A stretch of 27,984 nucleotides of DNA. It comes from Cystobasidiomycetes sp. EMM_F5 (lineage: Eukaryota). Positions 21,495 through 27,984 of this stretch are shown here, one piece after another (the first letter of the stretch is position 1; every line of letters starts with the position of its first letter). The translations under genes and the position numbers were made by a program. Location: NCBI GenBank assembly GCA_051047955.1, contig JBPGPT010000051.1:62001-89984 (forward strand). Reading direction: 5' to 3'. The notes under the pieces were generated by a model. It was not told the DNA's origin and did no database searches. It worked only from the letters and a program-made list of their open reading frames with translations.

Positions 21495-23056
21495 ATGTCG
21501 CTATCCAAAGGCCGTGTCCTTCTGGCCTATTCTGGCGGACTGGGTAGGCACAACACTTGAATCGAGATACTTGTTTATCGCTTGAAATTGCAAGCAACCT
21601 GCTCTCCCATCCCGCTCACTGATTCACCTGTTCACTGTTTTATGCAGACACATCGTGTATTCTTGCATGGCTCATCGAATTGGGATACGAGGGTCAGGGA
21701 TCAGATTCGTTGAGCCGGCGAGGCCTGTGCTGACTGCAAAATCTCCGCAGTCGTCGCTTTCAGTCAGTCAGCCAACGCACTGTATATGGCACAAGCTAAC
21801 ACTGGTCCCATGTTATGTGTGTGTCCTGCCAGTGGCTGACCTTGGCCAGGAAGAGGATTTCGATGCCGCTCGCGAAAAGGCACTCAAGGTTGGAGCGAAA
21901 AAGTTCTTCCTTGAAGATCTCAAGCGAGAATTCGTCGAGCATCTCATTTACCCTGCTGTCCAAGCCAATGCTATTTACGAGGGCGTCTACCTCTTGGGAA
22001 CATCGCTAGCTCGACCTGTGATAGCGCGAGCGATGATTGCGGTTGCAGAACGTGAGGGCTGCCAGTAAGGACTGTAGTACCGCTTTCGTCATAGGTATAG
22101 GTTGCTGACTCATCGTGATGAGATTTGTGTCGCATGGCTGCACGGGCAAGGGAAATGATCAGGTCCGTTTCGAGCTAGCTTTCTATGCCTTGAAACCAGA
22201 CATCCAGGTCATTGCTCCGTGGCGAATGCCGGAGTTCTTCGATCGGTTCGCTGGACGTCAAGCTCTCCTTGACTTCGCCGCAGCAAAAGGCATTCCCGTG
22301 TTTCAGACTGCTGCGAAACCCTGGTCGACCGATGAGAACCTCTTCCATATAAGCTACGAAGCAGGAATCCTGGAGGATCCAGACACTACGCCCCCCGCAG
22401 ATATGTGGAAATTGACAAAGTCAATCGAGAATGCTCCCGAAACTCCAGAGCGTATTTCACTACATTGGTCGAAAGGGGTTCCCACCAAATTGGATCTCGA
22501 AAGCAAGAAATCTATTACCGATCCTGTGGAAATATTCCTCGAACTTAATGCCATTGCCCGTAAGCACGGTGTGGGTCGCATCGATATTGTCGAAAATCGC
22601 TTCATCGGAGTTAAATCCCGAGGCTGCTATGAATCACCCGGTGCAACAATTCTTCGTAAAGCTCATATGGATCTGGAAGGGCTAGTTTTGGATCGTAACG
22701 TCCGTGCGCTGCGCGACAACTTCGTAACTATCGAGCTGTCCAGGATTCTTTATAACGGTTACTGGTTCTCACCGGAGCGTGAATTTGTGCAATCGTGCCT
22801 TGCAGCTTCGCAAAAGGTGGTGAATGGTACCGTTCGTCTTGCTCTATTCAAGGGCAACGTCATTGTTGAAGGTCGCTCCTCGGAAACCGCCGCGTTGTAC
22901 GATGCGAAGCAGTCTTCCATGGATGAGCTGGGTGGCTTTCAACCCACTGACACCTCTGGATTCATCAAAATTGAGGCCATTCGTTTACGCAAATGGGGCG
23001 AAGCTAGAGAGAAGGGTGGCCTCTCAACGGAGCCTAAGGATGTATACCAACAGTGA
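21495..23056 (+). CDS. ARG1: Argininosuccinate synthase
   Basis: MSLSKGRVLLAYSGGL|DTSCIL, YLLGTSLARPVIA, SHGCTGKGNDQVRFE and VENRFIGVKSRGCYESP. Four introns, including two flanking a 12-nt exon at 21751-21762. Confidence 0.97.
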
Positions 23057-23696
23057 GGACAAAATGTCGTCTAAGTATCTCCATCGTCCACCATGGACTA
23101 CTATCATGTTGTCGAGCTTCTTATGGAGCCGCGTATACTGCTACGGAATTGTGGGCGTGGTACTTCAAACGCGTCAAGCGGTATCAATCTGCGCAGTCCC
23201 GCATAAAACTCGTACTGGCGAAAGCCATCGATTGAAGTCCCTTTAGCATCTGCTTGTTCGTACGTGATTACGGGGCCGTTGGATCGTGCCAGTCCGAGTC
23301 GCCTTATAGTAAAGCGTGACTTTTCATCGAATCTATATAGCAATTGCAAGCTACAGACAGAAGGCTGAGATGACCTATCGCAATCGTGACTCCCACAACA
23401 TATCTGGATTTATGAACACGTCCCGTGCGCACGCGGTCCTTCGGTGGTCGTGAACGACTGGCAGACACTGCAGCTGTCACTGCCCGGAAAATGCTGCCGC
23501 AGACTCCCGATTTCGCATAATATATATCTGGGCGACATATAACCGATGAAAGAGTTTTCCGCCGGTAATTGGCTCTCAGGATTCCACGACGTAAATCACT
23601 CGCCACCTGCACCGACGGGCAATACCAAATTGCTGTCAGCTTTGGACTTCTCGAATTGAGCGCCTGCTGAGCATAAAAGTTTCAGGCATCGATATC

Positions 23697-25148
23697 ATGT
23701 CTTTCCGTATATTCCTCATCGGAGCTACAGGATACATCGTAGGTCATCAATATTGCTTCGGCATTCAATGCGATCGTTCGCACGACGTGACTCTAGCATG
23801 TCCAAGCAGTGCAATACGCTGACGTCGTCGTCGTATTCAACCAAGGTAGGGAGGCAGCGTTCTGTATAGACTGCTGCAACGAGAAGATGCTTCTGAATAC
23901 AAGATTGTAGGCGTAACAACATCTTGCGACTTGCTAATTGCACACAGCTGAGTCTGTCACGTCGGAATCTACTATGCTGCTCCTCTAGGTGGTTCTTATA
24001 CGGGATGTCAAGAAAGCACCGGGCTTCAACGAAATCGGCGTCGAGACCGTGATTGGCGACTTCTCAGCTCTAGATCTCATACGTCAAGAGTCCGCAAAGG
24101 CCGATATGGTCATATCCATCGGGGACTGTGATGATCTCAATAGCGTTACAGCCATGTTGGAGGGTCTCAAGCAGAAGAAGGATCGCACCGGGAGATTATA
24201 TCCCCTTCTCCACACAGTGGGCGTTTTCATTTACGTCTGCACCGCCGTCATAGACTGACGACCCGCGGGCAGAGCGGAACAGGCGTCTTCACCACGCTGT
24301 CAGGAGGGTCAGGACCTACACCTAGCGATCCAATCTACGACGATAGCGACGCCGACCAGCTCGAAAGTTTGCCGAAGTCGGCTTGGCACCGTGAAGTCGA
24401 CTTGGCCATAGTCGAGGCACACGTACGGTCGGAATGCATCTCCTACATCATCCTGCCATCGACAATATACGGTCAAGCGACCGGCGATTTGGGCAAGGGG
24501 CAGTGGAAAGGTAAATTGATGAATCGCCAGAGCCGGCAGATCCCTATTGCCTGTCAATTGGCTCTGCAGCGCGGCCAACCAGGAGTCGTCGGAGAAGGAA
24601 AAAACGTATGGCCCGAAGTTCAGCTTGACGATCTGCTGGAACTTTACATGATCCTGTTCGATTTGGCGAAAGAAGGCAAAGGAGATACTGGCAGGGACGG
24701 CTATTACGTTGCAGAGAACGGCCAGTGAGCAGGTGTCTTTGGCGCTCGCGCGGTCATTCACGTAGGCTAATCATGCAATCACTCAGCTACGAAAACCTGC
24801 AAGTAGCGGAACAAATTGGCATCGCAATGAAGAAAATGGGCCTGTCGGAAGCGTCGGACGTTAAGCCATACACTCCGCAAGAACTTGAAGAGGTGGTAGG
24901 GAGCGCCATGGTCAGTACTTGACAGATCCCTACTATATTTGCTCTAAACTGAATAATATTTACAACCCAATTGTATGTAGGTCCCAGTTGTCGGTTCCAG
25001 CTGTCGTTGCGTATCTACGAGATCTCGTAAATTTGGATGGAAGCCCAAGCACGGCATCAAGCACTTTTACGACTCAATTGACGACGAGCTGCGTGCTGCA
25101 CATGACCAGCTTCGCGAGACTGGCGGAAAAGGTACCCGGAAATGGTAG
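23697..25148 (+). CDS. NAD(P)-binding Rossmann-fold protein, NAD-dependent epimerase/dehydratase (atypical SDR) family
   Basis: MSFRIFLIGATGYI|GGSVLYRLL, LLHT|SGTG, HREVDLAIV, IILPSTIYG, GEGKNVWPEVQLDDLLELY and GYYVAENG. Last exon VGSSCRCVSTRSRKFGWKP...KW* (TAG 25146-25148). Confidence 0.85.
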
Positions 25149-25887
25149 ATTGACTGTAGATATTAGACCGTCATATGAAGGTACGGCTTGCGTCATATAA
25201 TCCTGTATGCAGCAAGTCAATAAGCATCTCCTTTTGCGCGACTTCCCTGCGCCTTCAAGCACACATTGAAGCGAGTAAAGTAAGCATGTTGCGATCATCA
25301 CCGGGACCATCTTGTTGCGCCCTTCGAAGGTAATGAAGCTTCGTGCGTATGCTTGAAAACCGTGTCACATTCGAAGTATGTCGCAATCAGTCGCGCGACC
25401 CACCGTCTAGCATATCAGGCTACACTCAGTTAAACTTCAGCTTTTCTCAGCTCAGTCAGTCTAAGGGTGAGCAAGAGCCTCGCCCTCTTGCCAAAAGCAA
25501 GCTGTAGGCCGTCGTTCAGAAGCTACATCCAACCGCAAAGTTGAACCGGCGAATCTACGTATACGGATGTATACCGTGACGGCAGAAAAGTCGTTGCAGT
25601 GATGAAGGAAAGACGCTCAAAGAGAGCCATCGGTGTGCATAGTTGCACGAAATATTAGCTTCCCCGTGGCTACAGCGATAATCGGAGTGCACAGTAGATG
25701 GAGGCCGAGGCATGGCTTTTAATGGTTTCTGAAGACTGAAGACAGTAGGGCATCAAATGCGGAAGTTTTTCCGAGAACGCAAGCAATTCCAATCTAGCTC
25801 CAAACCACGCTGACTAAAGGACCCGCTCTTTAGGCTCACATAACTAGATGGCGAGGTGGCGGAGTGTCGCACCCGCCGTGCACTCCG

Positions 25888-27421
25888 TCAATAGCGAGAA
25901 GTGTTGAAAAGTTCAGCCTCATCGAATGGCAAGCTCTCGCGCCGAGCACGACCTGCGGCATATCCACCAAAGTCGTTCACTCCCGAAGCGCTAAGCTCGT
26001 CAATACTGCCGTATCCACCGAGTCCACCACGTACAGACGCCTGACTCCCGCGACGACTCCTGGCGTAATCACCGAGACTTCCACTGCTGTGATGATTGTT
26101 GTCGCCATCTCCCAAACCTACATTATAGTCGGTGGGGAAAATCCGCATGTATGAACTCCCATGGCTCGCACTGCCAATACCGAGCGCGGCGGCTTCCGCC
26201 AGCATTGCGTCTTCTCCAAGAAGATCTGAACCCAAGGCTCCGCCCGAAAGAAAGGGACTAGGATTTCCGACGCTGCGAGACCTGGCGTGTGTATAGGGGA
26301 GAGCTAAAGAGTCCGAGAGCATGGGCGAATGTCCGCTGCGACCATGCAGTGACATCGATGGACTGCTTATGACCCCGCTCGGCTGCAATTGCACAAGAGA
26401 TGAGCACGTAGATCTTGGGGTCTCGCTTATCACACTTACCGTCATACTGAGCTTTCGCAGGCGTTGTTCTAACTCCGCGTCATACCCTTCTTGTCGTTCA
26501 CGCTCTCTAATAACTTGTTCTGCGCGACTCAACGCGTTGTCCCGCGCAAGGAGCCGTGATCTATCGTCTAGCTCGCGTTCCCGAGCCCTGATTTGTCGGT
26601 CTTGGGCTGATAATTCCAAAGCTGATGCGCGCTGTCGTAGTGCGTTTTCCTTTGAGATCTGTAGGGCAGCTTCTCTGTTCAACAGGGCCGCCTTACGTTC
26701 GGCCAAACGAATCTTCTCCAGTGCCAACGCGGAGTCCGGGATGGCATGATGTCCGACATTGGATATTGCGCGCACACGCGGTGTTGCTCCGGCTGCAGCA
26801 AACATACGAGCTTCTCGATCACGTTGCTGCAAGGCCATTGCTGTAGACTGATTCATGCCAGCAATGCCCGCCATGCCTGGATGACCGACACCAAGCCCAT
26901 AACCTGCTCCGAGCATTGCTCCATGCGATGACACTGCTCGAATTCTCGGAGTTGCAATGCTCATTGCTGGACTTAGAGAACCAAAAGACGACCCGTGTGA
27001 ATCGACAAGACGTGCGTTACGCTCCGCCTCAAGAAGCGCCAGGCGTTCGTGGTCTCGGGCGCCGGATAAAGCTCTACTGTGGCTTTGCGCATGCAGCAGT
27101 GCTTGATTAGCGTGCATGTTACTGCGTTCGATTTCTTCGACCTTGTGTAGCCGTTCCAATTCGTGATGTAGTTCCCGTTTCTGTAGCAGACCGTAGTAGC
27201 GATGGGAGCCACTCTTAGCAGCAGTCTCAAAGCGTAGAAATGTACGACTACCCACTTTGGTACGCTCAAGATCCTCCAACCTGTGCAGCTCATGCTTTTG
27301 CACCTGTTCAGCACGGCTTGGGGCGGTCCACCCGCGTGCGCTAACGTCCAGGAGTCCTAGAATGCTGTATCATCAGCAGCACCTCGTGTATGAAGCGTGC
27401 AGGAGTATTGTGCGCACCCAT
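25888..27421 (-). CDS. Uncharacterised protein with charged coiled-coil segments and G/S-rich disordered regions
   Basis: Long 471-codon open frame containing two in-frame intron-like stretches (GTGGGT...TACAG after ERTK; GTAAGT...TGCAG after KLSMT). Inferred first exon MGAHNTPARFIHE starts at ATG 27421. No family recognised. Confidence 0.7.
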
Positions 27422-27984
27422 CTCGACAACTTGCAATTTTCGCTGGAGCGGGTTCAACTGCCGCGTCGTGAGGCAAAAAGCAGTGTTGAGATGACGGATA
27501 GCCGTTTGTGAAATGCGAATGCTGCCACAGTAGAGGAAAGTGTCAGGCAGGGATGTGTGTGTTTGTCTCTCTGTGTGTATGTGCGTATAGCTCAATGAAA
27601 GGTAAAAATTTCAGGACCCGTCGCAAAGGGCGAGTTCAGCATGTTTCGGAACGACGGGACCCGTTGAACGAAGATGGAGTTTGTCTGTCCGCATCAGCAG
27701 CATATACATTCAGTCGACTGAGACCATTGAGGGGCTCCGACAGGACCCTGGAGTAGATTAAAGGTATAGAGACGTTCCCCGGGTTATCGTAAACGGTTTC
27801 TGCAAAAATTCTGCTTCATAATGCTGTTGCAGAAGCTTTATAACTCGATTTATTCATTATCAATAATAAATAAATATAAACATAAACCCAATCTTCAGAA
27901 CCGGGCTTTTAGAAACAATAATATGAAGATGTCACGCCCAGCAGCCCTAGAAGTGGTGCTGGGCCGTAATTCCGGCTGGGGTTT

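Noticed and set aside
23697..25148. NAD-binding protein as a sixth cluster member (qutH-like)
   Set aside because: Separated from the cluster by ARG1 and belongs to a widespread atypical SDR family; no evidence links it to the pathway.
27840..27984. AT-rich tract and short CCCAGCA...TGCTGGG inverted repeat at the window end
   Set aside because: Too short and truncated to call a transposon end or RNA gene; compatible with ordinary intergenic or polyadenylation sequence.

Overview
Compact, intron-rich fungal genomic DNA (GT-AG introns of mostly ~50-120 nt with CTGAC/CTAAC-type branch points). The housekeeping proteins (Arg1, Trs65, Ase1) look basidiomycete-like, which is an inference from recalled sequence style and not from a database search. 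Left arm: TRS65-like (truncated by the window edge), RPA14/RFA3, SHE9, an epoxide hydrolase ending in a PTS1-like ARL, ASE1 and COQ4. Centre (9995-20363): a five-gene hydroaromatic catabolic cluster of the qa/qut type, comprising an AROM-derived pseudo-enzyme repressor (QutR/QA-1S-like), a Zn2Cys6 activator, a 3-dehydroshikimate dehydratase (QutC/QA-4-like) and two different shikimate/quinate dehydrogenases. No catabolic dehydroquinase or permease is visible. Right arm: ARG1, an NAD(P)-binding epimerase/dehydratase-family gene and an uncharacterised coiled-coil/disordered protein. No tRNA, rRNA, CRISPR array or recognisable transposon was found. Exon boundaries were read by eye and some start codons are uncertain.
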